From Candidatus Micrarchaeota archaeon (lineage in GTDB: Archaea; Micrarchaeota; Micrarchaeia; Anstonellales; Bilamarchaeaceae): 64,000 nt of DNA. This document shows, in pieces, positions 63,981-64,000 of the stretch. The notes under the pieces were generated by a model. It did not search any database. It worked only from the letters and a program-made list of their open reading frames with translations, and was not told where the DNA came from. The stretch spans positions 3,326-67,325 of the forward strand of contig JBDRIM010000041.1 in assembly GCA_043816005.1 (NCBI GenBank). The letters are read 5' to 3'. Numbering within the stretch: the stretch's first letter is position 1; each line of letters starts with the position of its first letter. The position numbers were made by a program, and so were the translations under genes.

Positions 63981-64000
63981 CGACGCTAATGGTCGCTTAA

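Overview
Visibly AT-rich archaeal chromosomal window, with gene content that looks DPANN-like. Archaeal hallmarks: aRF1, aEF-2, Orc1/Cdc6, ribosomal L40e/L11/S12/S7, RNase P Rpp21, NMD3, Taw1, a class III signal-peptide pilin, and four intron-containing tRNA genes. About 65 protein genes are supported. Housekeeping and metabolic content: a bacterial-type 2-oxoacid dehydrogenase operon (E1beta-E2-E3) with split LplA/LplB lipoate ligase, tdh-kbl, glmS, fni, GGPP synthase, beta-carbonic anhydrase + purE, cysK, cysS, an AsnC/AsnA-like pair, UvrD and Mre11. Several genes are more typical of bacteria (a RelA/SpoT-like long RSH, peptide deformylase). The main result is a ~6 kb integrated element at the 3' end of an intron-rich tRNA (46.85-52.9 kb). 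It carries a tyrosine recombinase, a toxin-antitoxin-like pair and a complete diversity-generating retroelement (DGR). The DGR has an RT with the LGNLTSQ and YVDD motifs, an 84-nt template repeat (50998-51081) and an 84-nt variable repeat (51582-51665) inside a 223-aa target ORF. The two repeats differ at 9 positions, and every one is a TR adenine on the coding strand. Directly to the right lies a decayed remnant of a second related element (an integrase N-terminal fragment and an RT C-terminal fragment). Other items worth a second look: an orc1/cdc6-led, tightly coupled five-gene operon with a HExxH protein; a protein made of two beta-carbonic-anhydrase-like halves, divergent from a real beta-CA; a hairpin-rich modular leader upstream of rps12 with alternative pairings that could sequester the SD; non-canonical D-loop tRNA introns that share a hairpin motif with an orphan intergenic copy; a GC-rich candidate ncRNA; and homopolymer-associated frameshifts in cysK and the DGR RT. 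All calls come from reading the sequence and the ORF translations by eye. No database search or folding program was run.
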